From: Thermoplasmatota archaeon
GTDB lineage: Archaea; Thermoplasmatota; Poseidoniia; Poseidoniales; Thalassarchaeaceae
Direction of reading: 5' to 3'
Assembly (NCBI GenBank): GCA_036154155.1
Contig: JAYZLP010000023.1
Coordinates: 3,056-67,055 of the forward strand
Length of the DNA stretch: 64,000 nucleotides
In this document: piece after piece, positions 29,392 through 38,036 of the stretch
How the letters are laid out: every line of letters begins with the position of its first letter
Numbering within the stretch: the first letter of the stretch is position 1
Notes under the pieces: model-generated
What the model saw: the letters and a program-made list of their open reading frames with translations, nothing else
Told to the model about the DNA's origin: nothing
The model's database searches: none
Program-made: the position numbers and the translations under genes

Positions 29392-30167
29392 TGTCTGTGC
29401 CACTAGTTCCAAAGCTCCTAAGGGCCCATCTAGCAGATCTAGCGTTGAATGACACGAGATTGGGCGATAGGGGCCAGTGGGATGGCAGAGAAGTCAAGCT
29501 TGAAACAGGCGTACTAGCAAACGCAGAGGGTTCTGCCAGAGTCACCATGGGCGATACTATTGTCTTGGCTGGAGTAAAGTTCCAGATCATGACACCATAC
29601 CCCGATAGGCCCAACCAAGGTGGCCTAATGTGCTCGTGCGAGGTTAGGCCAATAGCAGGACGTCACTGGGAAGCTGGACCTCCTAGCCCACAATCAATCG
29701 AACTCGGAAGGGTAGTCGACAGAGGAATTAGGGAATCTGGTTGCATTGACGTCGATGAACTGTGCATTATTCCAGGGGAGAAGGCATGGCAGGTCATCCT
29801 AGACCTTCATGCAATCTCCGATGACGGAAACCTATTCGATGCATTCGCATTGGCCGGTATCGCGGCTCTCAGGAGTGCTACCATTCCGGCCGAGAAGTTC
29901 GAGATTGGGGAAGACGCCCCGCTCAAGGTTTCCAAGACGCCGATAATGTGTTCATATCACAAGGTCGGAGGAAGGTTCGTTTACGACGCCTCTTATCGAG
30001 AGGAACTGGGTGGAGATGAGAGGATTCACATTACTCTGGGGGACGATGACCACGTACATTCCCTCCAGAAGGGTCTAAAGGGAATCTTCACGGCAGAAGA
30101 ATTCGAAGAGATAATGGAGCACGCTAAGGCAAGGTGTGCAGAACTCCGACAAATAGTAAATGGATAG
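29391..30167 (+). CDS. rrp42: exosome subunit Rrp42
   Basis: AEGSA.V..G.T, PYPDRPNQG, ELGRVVDRGIRES and DDGNLFDA motifs. Confidence 0.96.
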   Translation: MSVPLVPKLLRAHLADLALNDTRLGDRGQWDGREVKLETGVLANAEGSARVTMGDTIVLAGVKFQIMTPYPDRPNQGGLMCSCEVRPIAGRHWEAGPPSPQSIELGRVVDRGIRESGCIDVDELCIIPGEKAWQVILDLHAISDDGNLFDAFALAGIAALRSATIPAEKFEIGEDAPLKVSKTPIMCSYHKVGGRFVYDASYREELGGDERIHITLGDDDHVHSLQKGLKGIFTAEEFEEIMEHAKARCAELRQIVNG

Positions 30168-30175
30168 GTGCGATT

Positions 30176-30544
30176 ATGGCAAAGAGAACACAGAAGGCAG
30201 GCCTAACTGCACGCTTTGGATCCAGGTATGGAGTTAGCGTAAGGAGGAGGGCTGGCTCCGCACTTAGGAAGAAGTCCAGGGAGTACACATGCCCATCATG
30301 TCAGTATCCAAAGGTTAGGAGGAAGGTTGCAGGTATCTGGGAGTGTAGGAAGTGTGGCCACACATTCACAGGCGGCGTTTGGGAGCCATTCACTAGGGCA
30401 TCCGAGGCTAACAACAGGGTCATTCGAAGGTCTATGGAAGGGGCTACCGCCACAGACATGACTGTTATCGCACAGCAGGCAGCTCTGGATTATGAGCGCA
30501 AGATTGCGGAGGCCGAGAGCAATGACGACTCAGAGGAAGAGTGA
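30176..30544 (+). CDS. rpl37ae: 50S ribosomal protein L37ae (eL43)
   Basis: RFGSRYG, CPSC..VRR...GIWECRKC and FTGG motifs; GGTG RBS before the ATG at 30176. Confidence 0.95.
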   Translation: MAKRTQKAGLTARFGSRYGVSVRRRAGSALRKKSREYTCPSCQYPKVRRKVAGIWECRKCGHTFTGGVWEPFTRASEANNRVIRRSMEGATATDMTVIAQQAALDYERKIAEAESNDDSEEE

Positions 30545-30758
30545 CACGTCGTCAATCATCCTACGTGCCACACATCAAGACGCAGAGTCAATTTGCGCTG
30601 GAATGGTCACAGAGTCTGAGTTCAGCCTATCTGGCGAGAATATGGAATTCACACTCTCATCCAGAAGTATCTCAGATCTCCGAGCTAGGTGGAATTCACT
30701 ACTCAGGGGAATAGTCGCTTCGGAGCAAGCATTGAAGGCAATTAGGGACTCAAGGTGA
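30522..30758 (+). CDS. KEOPS complex subunit Pcc1-like protein
   Basis: C-terminal SISDLRARWNSLLR resembles the Pcc1 signature (LRAxxNSxLR); conserved position between rpl37ae and prefoldin beta; start uncertain. Confidence 0.7.
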   Translation: MTTQRKSDTSSIILRATHQDAESICAGMVTESEFSLSGENMEFTLSSRSISDLRARWNSLLRGIVASEQALKAIRDSR

Positions 30759-30762
30759 AAGC

Positions 30763-31086
30763 ATGCAGGGCGGACAGGACGCGGGTGAGGCGCTGAAATT
30801 AGTAGCTCAGGAGCTACAGGCAGTAATGTCACAGATTCAAACAGTAAACTCCCAAATTAGTGAGCTTTCTATGACACTAGAGGCCCTTTCTTCACAGGAT
30901 CCAGAAAGGCCAGTATACCGAGCAGTAGGTAGCCTACTCTTGGAAGTGAGTGACAGGGACTCCCTCAAGTCAGACATTGAAACTTCAAGGAACTCATTCC
31001 AAACTCACATGGACAGGCTCTCAGAGAGGGAGTCCGAACTTAGGGAGAACTACGAGGAATTGGTCAAATCATTCGAATCGCAGTGA
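30763..31086 (+). CDS. pfdB: prefoldin beta subunit
   Basis: Coiled coil - VYRAVGSLL hairpin - coiled coil. Confidence 0.9.
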   Translation: MQGGQDAGEALKLVAQELQAVMSQIQTVNSQISELSMTLEALSSQDPERPVYRAVGSLLLEVSDRDSLKSDIETSRNSFQTHMDRLSERESELRENYEELVKSFESQ

Positions 31087-31122
31087 GGTGGTCCAATTCC
31101 TTCCGAGAGTGATAATGAACCA

Positions 31123-31923
31123 TTGGATCAGAGCCTTGTGAAACTCCTGAGATTGATTTCATCCGGTGATATGGAAGAGGCAGTCCTTCTATCGGATGAG
31201 ATACTATCTAGATCGAGAACACCAGACGAAAGAGACCATCTGATTGAGGCCAGAGTCAGGATGGAAAGGGCTCTAGTTGGAGCGACACCCACGGAAGAGG
31301 TCGGCTCCGAATTAAGGTGGTGCGTTGACAGACTCAACGCGATATGCCCCGGCTCGGCATTGCATGGACTCGCCCTGCTAAACCTAGCTATTTGGCATTC
31401 AAATAAAGGCGAACAGATGATGGCCATGGCTGTCCACTCCGACATCTCGATTAGTTCTGGCCACCCAACAGATATCAGATCCCTGTCTAGGCTAGAAATT
31501 GCAAGAATTCTTGTGGGGATGTCCGACTTAGATCCCGCTATGAGGCACCTTTGGTCCGCACGAAGTGGTTTCATCGAATCGGGAATGGCGGCAGAAGCTT
31601 TGGTCTCCTCATTAGAGTGGTTGGACATCGCGCTAGACGGAGTCTCAGAAGATGCACCAAGCATGGAGAAGAGAATCGAAGACGCGGCTCCCAGGGAAGG
31701 TCCCGGAAACACATGGATTCCAGCCAATCCCTCTGACATTATTGATGTCGTCGAATACCTCATTCCACTACTTCTAGCTGACCTATCGGGACAAAATAGG
31801 GGAGACTTGGGACTAATTGTAGACGCCTCGGAGATTATTGGGAAACCCGAATGGATATCGGGTATGAAATCCAGGATTTCAGAAATTCAGGATGAGAGCG
31901 TCACCGAAGCACTCCAGTCGTGA
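31123..31923 (+). CDS. hypothetical alpha-helical (TPR-like) protein
   Basis: 266 aa long ORF with TPR-like helical pattern; no family recognised. Confidence 0.65.
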   Translation: MDQSLVKLLRLISSGDMEEAVLLSDEILSRSRTPDERDHLIEARVRMERALVGATPTEEVGSELRWCVDRLNAICPGSALHGLALLNLAIWHSNKGEQMMAMAVHSDISISSGHPTDIRSLSRLEIARILVGMSDLDPAMRHLWSARSGFIESGMAAEALVSSLEWLDIALDGVSEDAPSMEKRIEDAAPREGPGNTWIPANPSDIIDVVEYLIPLLLADLSGQNRGDLGLIVDASEIIGKPEWISGMKSRISEIQDESVTEALQS

Positions 31924-32291
31924 TTCCTAATCGCATCTATCTCCGATACGCTCCATGCGAGTGAATTCGGCGCTTCTACACACCAGCCAACTTCTGCAAT
32001 CATCGGGTCAGTGGATAGCCACGGCTCAGGCCCGGGCTCTTCTTCCACTTCGATCCATACTACTACGCCCCCGTTCACTAGATTTTCATCATAGGCCTTG
32101 GCAGTTCCAAGCAATCCCGTTTCTTCATACAGCTCCCGTAGAGCTGCCACATCCCACTCCTCACCTTCGTCTGTGGCTCCCCCAGGAAACTCCCATCCCC
32201 TCTCTTCATGGAGTACCATTACCCAGGGATTCATTTCACCGCCGTGCTTCGATGTGACCCATGAAATCACAAATTTTTCACTCATCTCCAA
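31887..32291 (-). CDS. NUDIX hydrolase
   Basis: Nudix box WEFPGG.....E....AALRELYEETGL. Confidence 0.88.
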   Translation of the reverse strand: MEMSEKFVISWVTSKHGGEMNPWVMVLHEERGWEFPGGATDEGEEWDVAALRELYEETGLLGTAKAYDENLVNGGVVVWIEVEEEPGPEPWLSTDPMIAEVGWCVEAPNSLAWSVSEIDAIRNHDWSASVTLSS

Positions 32292-33279
32292 TTTTCCTCC
32301 TAATCTCCTCTGTGATGTTGACAGCTTCAGAAACTCCCTCAGCTGCTAGGCGCCTAGCCACAAAGAATGCTTCAGAGAGCCTCCCTCCCTCAATTAGCCC
32401 CCTGACTTCTGCCAGTGGTTCCTCCTCAATCTCCTCTTCTGGAGAGCCTTCATCGACTCGGTCCAGAACTGGTGTGGCCATAGATTCCATCTTCCTCAAG
32501 AAATCCACTCTCTCGTTAACTGCGGGAATAATCCAAGGCCTACTTTCGCCACCGTCAAGAAGAGCCTCCATTCTTTCCTTGAATTGATCACGTACGTCCA
32601 TCTTGGGGAATTGCGTCTGTGCTTGATCGTAACAGATCCAAGCATCGCTATATTCTCCTCTACGTTCATGCATCCTTCCCAATTCGGCCCATGCCTCAAA
32701 GTTCGTAGGCCTTTGAGCCAGAATCAGTCTAGCTAGTGATAAGTAGCCATCTTCATCACCACTATCCCTGACTCTCTCTATTCTCCTTGAGAACAAGACA
32801 TTGGCCCTCCTGTCCCGCAGGTCTAGGGATTTGACCCTGGTGATGAAGGCAGAGATTTCTTCATTCGAGCCTGATATTGTCCCCCACCACTCGTCTGGGT
32901 CCAATGGATCAGCCGCCAGAGCCCCCTCCAGTATCATACTGCCCGACTCAAGCATGTCGACATCATCCAGCTGATTGAGAAGTTCCGGGTCCCTTCCCAG
33001 TACCGTGAAGATATCATCTAGTACCGCCCTAATCCCTTCCCGGTCACCGGATACAGCCTTGACCTTGAGAAGAACCCTCCAGTTATCCGGGTGGGTAAAG
33101 TCATGCAGTACGGCCTGTCGAGCATTCTGCTCTGCCCAACCAAGATTTGTAGAATCTGAATCAGTTCCATTTGCAATTTTCAGATACTTTACTGCCTGAC
33201 TTCTGTGGCGGTTCCCAAGACTCCTTCTTGGATGCTGTAGCTTATCGTCAATTGAGTCTACAGACATTGGATACCTCAC
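32278..33279 (-). CDS. TPR-containing hypothetical protein
   Basis: TPR pattern (PTNFEAWAELGRMHERRGEYSDAWICYDQA); operonic between ubiD and the Nudix gene. Confidence 0.72.
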   Translation of the reverse strand: MRYPMSVDSIDDKLQHPRRSLGNRHRSQAVKYLKIANGTDSDSTNLGWAEQNARQAVLHDFTHPDNWRVLLKVKAVSGDREGIRAVLDDIFTVLGRDPELLNQLDDVDMLESGSMILEGALAADPLDPDEWWGTISGSNEEISAFITRVKSLDLRDRRANVLFSRRIERVRDSGDEDGYLSLARLILAQRPTNFEAWAELGRMHERRGEYSDAWICYDQAQTQFPKMDVRDQFKERMEALLDGGESRPWIIPAVNERVDFLRKMESMATPVLDRVDEGSPEEEIEEEPLAEVRGLIEGGRLSEAFFVARRLAAEGVSEAVNITEEIRRKIGDE

Positions 33280-34547
33280 AGAACCGACTCATACGGACTC
33301 CTGTCCTCATCTGGATCAAGTGTAGCATCCATCCCTATCTTACTAGTCATTCCATTCTCTGACCTGCTCGGGTCTAAACTGGAACCTTTCTGGTTAGAGA
33401 GAATAACTGTGTCAGCATCCGGCTGCCAACGTGTCATTAAGGCCCACTCCACCCTCATCGGGTCAGAAATATCGATATCCTCGTCCACCACAATCACCTG
33501 TTTCATTGATGGATGTCCCTCGAAGGCCGCCTGAATGGCCTTCCTACCATCCTCTGGGCCCTCGGGCACGATTTGAATAACCGATGCCAACCACCCACAG
33601 CCGCCATCTGTCATGTGAACGTCCGTGCACTTCACGACTTCCGATACCGCTGTTTTGATCGTCGGGGCTCTAGGCATTCCCATCAGGGTCCTATGCTCCA
33701 CGCCAGTGGGGATTATGGCGTGGAAGATAGGGTCGGACCTGTGATGCACGGCATCGTACTCGATAACATGCTCCTGCCGGACATCATCGACGGTTCCGGT
33801 AATGTCAACATAGGGGCCTTCATCATCCCGCTGAGGTGTAATTCTTGCTTGCATGGCATATTCTGCATCTGCGGGAACGATGACCCCATTGGATAACCGA
33901 ACTACCCTGAGGGGGCTACCGTGTAATTTCTCATGCAATGCCGCTGCTACGGTTAACTCGTCGACGTAGTCCGTGAAGGACATAGCAGCTGCAAGAAGTA
34001 CAGTTGGATCGGCGCCGTTCACTACGGCTATCTGGACATCTTCACCTTTGTCGGCGGCCATCGTGCTGAGGGTTCTGAGATGCCTCGGCACTAGCCTAGC
34101 AACTGTATGGTTCCCATCTCGCAATAGCTGCCTGTGGAATGACACATTCCTCACTCCTCCGTATTCAGCGATAATTATGGAAGCTGACTGATATCTCCCG
34201 CCATCCTCCCTGAAGTGCCAGGGTATTGGCAATTTTTCTAAATCCACTGAATCCTGCCCCGATTCCATTACTTCGGCATCCGATTTCTCAACCATGAGTG
34301 GCTCCGAGGGGTTCTCCATTGCCCACGCTAGGATGTCAATAAGCTCCCCAGGCCCCACATCAAACATCTCGCACAATCTAGAGCGTTCTAAGACATTGAG
34401 CGCGGCTCTGTGCCCGGGCGTTTCAGAAATATTGTTGAAAACCAAGGGAATATTGCCCATGGAAACAGACGTGTCCATCATATCGTAGTTTACACTAACA
34501 GAATCGTCTATGCGATGGACGCCCTCGAGCATATCGCGGAATGCCAT
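33276..34547 (-). CDS. ubiD: UbiD-family prFMN-dependent decarboxylase
   Basis: LPIPWH..EDGGRY, NVSFHR, VPRHL, EGPY and VIVVDEDID...VEWAL.TR motifs; SLDPS...SKIGMDAT. Confidence 0.92.
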   Translation of the reverse strand: MAFRDMLEGVHRIDDSVSVNYDMMDTSVSMGNIPLVFNNISETPGHRAALNVLERSRLCEMFDVGPGELIDILAWAMENPSEPLMVEKSDAEVMESGQDSVDLEKLPIPWHFREDGGRYQSASIIIAEYGGVRNVSFHRQLLRDGNHTVARLVPRHLRTLSTMAADKGEDVQIAVVNGADPTVLLAAAMSFTDYVDELTVAAALHEKLHGSPLRVVRLSNGVIVPADAEYAMQARITPQRDDEGPYVDITGTVDDVRQEHVIEYDAVHHRSDPIFHAIIPTGVEHRTLMGMPRAPTIKTAVSEVVKCTDVHMTDGGCGWLASVIQIVPEGPEDGRKAIQAAFEGHPSMKQVIVVDEDIDISDPMRVEWALMTRWQPDADTVILSNQKGSSLDPSRSENGMTSKIGMDATLDPDEDRSPYESVL

Positions 34548-34632
34548 GTACGGGGGCGACATCAGGTCGTGCTTCAATGTTAGTGAGACTATCGTACCTA
34601 GAGTGCTACTCACCTACGGTGACCCCGTCACG

Positions 34633-34642
34633 CTCTTATACC
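34633..34642 (+). promoter_or_regulatory. putative TATA box of the rps12-rps7 operon
   Basis: CTCTTATACC, an AT-rich box in GC-rich intergenic DNA about 40 nt upstream of the TTG start, followed by a GAGGTG RBS. Confidence 0.45.
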
Positions 34643-34680
34643 CCATGAGGGTCGGCGAGGCGTCATTCTGAGGTGTCACT

Positions 34681-35121
34681 TTGGGTAGAGGACTGTTCTC
34701 CGGCCAGAAGATGAAGACCGATAGGAAGAGGTATAGGTGGAAGGAGCGCAAGTTCCGGGACCGTCAATTCAAGCAACAGAGGGGCGGGGTGCTCAAGCAC
34801 GACCCCCTCCGTGGAAGCACCCAGGCCAAGGGAATAGTTGTCGAGAAGGTGGGCTTCGAGGCGAAACAGCCCAATTCTGGCATCAGGAAGGCTGTGAAGA
34901 TCAGCCTAATCAAGACTGGTAACCAACTAACGGCGTTCGCACCGGGAGATGGGGCCATCTCATTCATTGATGAGCACGATGAGGTCCTAGTCGAGGGTAT
35001 CGGAGGCAGCAAGGGACGTTCATACGGTGACCTTCCCGGTGTCAGATTCAAGGTAATCAAGGTAAACGGCGTCTCTCTTGACGAAATGGTAAGGGGACGC
35101 AAGGAGAAGCCGATTAGGTAG
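34681..35121 (+). CDS. rps12: 30S ribosomal protein S12 (uS12)
   Basis: [27 protein letters not shown] and [10 protein letters not shown] motifs; TTG start with GAGGTG RBS. Confidence 0.97.
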   Translation: MGRGLFSGQKMKTDRKRYRWKERKFRDRQFKQQRGGVLKHDPLRGSTQAKGIVVEKVGFEAKQPNSGIRKAVKISLIKTGNQLTAFAPGDGAISFIDEHDEVLVEGIGGSKGRSYGDLPGVRFKVIKVNGVSLDEMVRGRKEKPIR

Positions 35122-35129
35122 GTATTACG

Positions 35130-35726
35130 ATGTCCGAGAATACCGAATCACCCATAGCCGGTATAGGGACCATGGTGTTTGGCAAGTGGGACGCAACTGA
35201 GGTAACTTGCGCAGATCCCGGACTGGCCCCCTACATCAACCTGACAACCATAGGAACACCTCACAGCGGAGGTAGGCACGCAAATGCATGGTTCGGAAAG
35301 GCGAAGCTATCCGTGATTGAGAGGTTCATCAACAACCTGATGAGGACTGGAAAGTTCTCAGGAAAAAAGCAGCACTGTGTCAAGGCCTTTGAAGCAGCCC
35401 TCGACTCCATCAATGATAGGTCCGGGGAAAATCCCCTCCAATCATTCATCGATGCAATCGTAGAGGCCGCACCTTGCGAGGAAATTACCAGAATAAAGCA
35501 GGGAGCAGTAAGCACGCCCAAGGCCGTCGACTCTTCTCCTAGCAGACGTCTCGATATTGCTCTGAGGAACCTGTCAATAGGTTGTGCAGCAGCCACAGCA
35601 GGGAGCAAAAGAACACTCACCCAGGGAATTGTAAATGAAATCACAAAGGCAGCCGAGGGAGACGTTGGTGCATTCTCTATAGGAAAGAGAGAGGAAATTG
35701 AGAGAGTAGCAGCATCTGCAAGATGA
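35130..35726 (+). CDS. rps7: 30S ribosomal protein S7 (uS7)
   Basis: FGKW, PHSGGRH, IERFIN.LM, NPLQ, AVDSSP.RR.D.AL and ERVA.SAR motifs. Confidence 0.96.
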   Translation: MSENTESPIAGIGTMVFGKWDATEVTCADPGLAPYINLTTIGTPHSGGRHANAWFGKAKLSVIERFINNLMRTGKFSGKKQHCVKAFEAALDSINDRSGENPLQSFIDAIVEAAPCEEITRIKQGAVSTPKAVDSSPSRRLDIALRNLSIGCAAATAGSKRTLTQGIVNEITKAAEGDVGAFSIGKREEIERVAASAR

Positions 35727-35780
35727 TCCGTGCTAACTCTAAATCAGACCACTGAGGCATATTATGCCACCTTCACAATT

Positions 35781-35791
35781 GTATTTATGAA
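35781..35791 (+). promoter_or_regulatory. putative TATA box for EF-2
   Basis: TGTATTTATGA about 37 nt upstream of ATG 35828, followed by a GAGG RBS. Confidence 0.45.
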
Positions 35792-35827
35792 CCAAAGTCA
35801 GGTCGCCGCATCAATTGAGGAATAGAG

Positions 35828-38035
35828 ATGGGTCGTAAGGAAGACAACATCAAGCGTGCTACAGAGATAATGCACGATAGGGAGCACATCAGAAACATCG
35901 CTATCGCAGCTCACATAGATCATGGAAAGACGACGCTTTCAGACAATCTAATCGCTGGCGCTGGAATGATGTCGGAGGACCTCGCAGGAAAGTCCAGGGT
36001 TCTGGACTTCGACGAGCAGGAAAGCGCGCGCGGTATCACGATCAATGCCGCCAGCGCTTCAATGGTACACAGCGTTGAAGGTCAGGACTACCTGATCAAT
36101 CTAATCGATACCCCCGGGCACGTTGATTTCGGTGGCGACGTCACCAGAGCGATGAGGGCCGTGGACGGCTGCATCATTCTTGCATGTGCCGTTGAGGGCA
36201 CAATGCCCCAGACCGAGACTGTTGTTCGCCAAGCGCTGAAGGAGAAGGTCCGCCCTGTTCTCTTCATCAACAAGGTTGACCGATTGATCAACGAGCTACA
36301 GATAGATGGCCCAGAGATGATGGAGCGATTCAAGAGGATCATCACCAAGGTCAACAAATTGATCACCACCTATGCGCCAGAGGACCTGAAGAAACAATGG
36401 CAGGTCTCCGTTGAGAATGGAACCGTTGCATTCGGCTCGGCTTACTACAATTGGGGGATGTCGATACCTTACATGCAGAAGAGCGGATTGAATTTCACAC
36501 AGATTTTTGAGTATTGCCACAACGATAACCAGAAGGAGCTTGCGAAACTCGCACCCGTTCACACCGTACTCCTCGACATGACCGTCGAAAAGCACCCTTC
36601 ACCCGTAATTGCTCAGAAGTACAGGATACCAAACATCTGGCAAGGGGACCTTGACTCAGGCGTTGGAAAGGCAATGATTGAGTGCGACCCAGATGGCCCG
36701 CTCTCACTCATGATAACCAAGATTTGGATGGACCCTCACGCTGGTGAGGTTGCTGTAGGAAGAGTCTACTCAGGCAGGATAAAGCATGGTGAATCCGTTT
36801 GGGCCATAGGTGCTGCGAAGGCTGAGAGGGTTCAGCAGGTCGGTATGATGGTCGGAGGCGACAGAATCGCCACATCAGAAGTTACATCTGGAAATATTGC
36901 TGCAATAACGGGAATCCGCAGCGCTGCTGCAGGCGTGACCATTGCCAGGGAGAAGGACGCAGCACCATTTGAGGCGATCAGGCACATCTCCGAACCTGTC
37001 GTCACTGTTGCAGTTGAGCCTAAGTCGATGAAGGACCTTCCAAAGTTCATCGACGCTCTGAGGGGCCTCGCCAAAGCAGATGCCTCATTGGACGTCTCAA
37101 CTAACCAGGAAACCGGTGAGGCATTGTTGGCAGGAATGGGCGAACTGCATCTCGAAATCACAGTATACAGGCTCGAAGAAGAGCAGGGCATCAAAGTAAA
37201 GGTAAGCGAGCCAATTGTCGTTTACAGGGAATCAGTACAGAGCACTAACACCGGAAGCCCGTTCGAAGGTAAGTCCCCTAACAGGCACAACCGTTTCTAC
37301 ATCGAGATAGAACCCCTTCCTGATGTAGTCGTTGAGCAGCTCAGGGCTGGCGAATTCAGAGACGGAGCAGTCAGAACCAAGGATGCCAAAGAAGTCGGAG
37401 ATAAGTTCGCCGAACTTGGAATGAACAAGGATCTGATGAGGAAAATATACGCTATCAATGGAACGAATGTACTAGTCAATGACACTAAGGGGATTCAGAA
37501 CCTCCACGAGACCAGGGAGCTCATTATCGAGGGCTTCAATGATGTTTGTAAGAAAGGCCCTGTTGCCGACGAGCCTTTGATGGGTGTCATGGTTAGGCTG
37601 GTAGACGCAAAGCTTCACGAGGATGCCATCCACAGGGGCCCAGCACAAACCATTCCAGCTGTAAGAAACGCGGTTAAGGGGGCATTCATGAGATCCAGGC
37701 CAGTAATTTTCGAACCAATACAGAAGATACAGATCGACTCACCGAATGACGTAATTGGCGGAGTTACAAGGGAGGTGTCCACGAGGAGAGGGATCATCGA
37801 GGACATGCCAGTGGAGGACGGAGTTACAAAGGTCATAGGAACAATCCCTGTTGCCGAGACTTTCGGTTTCTCTAACGACATACGTGCAGCCAGCCAAGGA
37901 AGGGCGATATGGAACACTGAGAATGCTGGATTCGTACATCTTCCACCTAACCTATTTGAGAAGGTCACCGCTGAGATCAGGGAGAGGAAGGGACTCAACC
38001 CTGACATCCCAGGCGAATCTCATTACCAGGATTGA
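35828..38035 (+). CDS. fusA: translation elongation factor EF-2
   Basis: AHIDHGKTT, RGITI, DTPGH, NKVD and GMGELHLE motifs; diphthamide loop LHEDAIHRGPAQ. Confidence 0.98.
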   Translation: MGRKEDNIKRATEIMHDREHIRNIAIAAHIDHGKTTLSDNLIAGAGMMSEDLAGKSRVLDFDEQESARGITINAASASMVHSVEGQDYLINLIDTPGHVDFGGDVTRAMRAVDGCIILACAVEGTMPQTETVVRQALKEKVRPVLFINKVDRLINELQIDGPEMMERFKRIITKVNKLITTYAPEDLKKQWQVSVENGTVAFGSAYYNWGMSIPYMQKSGLNFTQIFEYCHNDNQKELAKLAPVHTVLLDMTVEKHPSPVIAQKYRIPNIWQGDLDSGVGKAMIECDPDGPLSLMITKIWMDPHAGEVAVGRVYSGRIKHGESVWAIGAAKAERVQQVGMMVGGDRIATSEVTSGNIAAITGIRSAAAGVTIAREKDAAPFEAIRHISEPVVTVAVEPKSMKDLPKFIDALRGLAKADASLDVSTNQETGEALLAGMGELHLEITVYRLEEEQGIKVKVSEPIVVYRESVQSTNTGSPFEGKSPNRHNRFYIEIEPLPDVVVEQLRAGEFRDGAVRTKDAKEVGDKFAELGMNKDLMRKIYAINGTNVLVNDTKGIQNLHETRELIIEGFNDVCKKGPVADEPLMGVMVRLVDAKLHEDAIHRGPAQTIPAVRNAVKGAFMRSRPVIFEPIQKIQIDSPNDVIGGVTREVSTRRGIIEDMPVEDGVTKVIGTIPVAETFGFSNDIRAASQGRAIWNTENAGFVHLPPNLFEKVTAEIRERKGLNPDIPGESHYQD

Positions 38036-38036
38036 A

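Noticed and set aside
35828..38035. Possible diphthamide-less EF-2 paralog
   Set aside because: The canonical HRG loop (HEDAIHRGPAQ) is present, the gene is in the S12-S7 operon, and dph6 is nearby.
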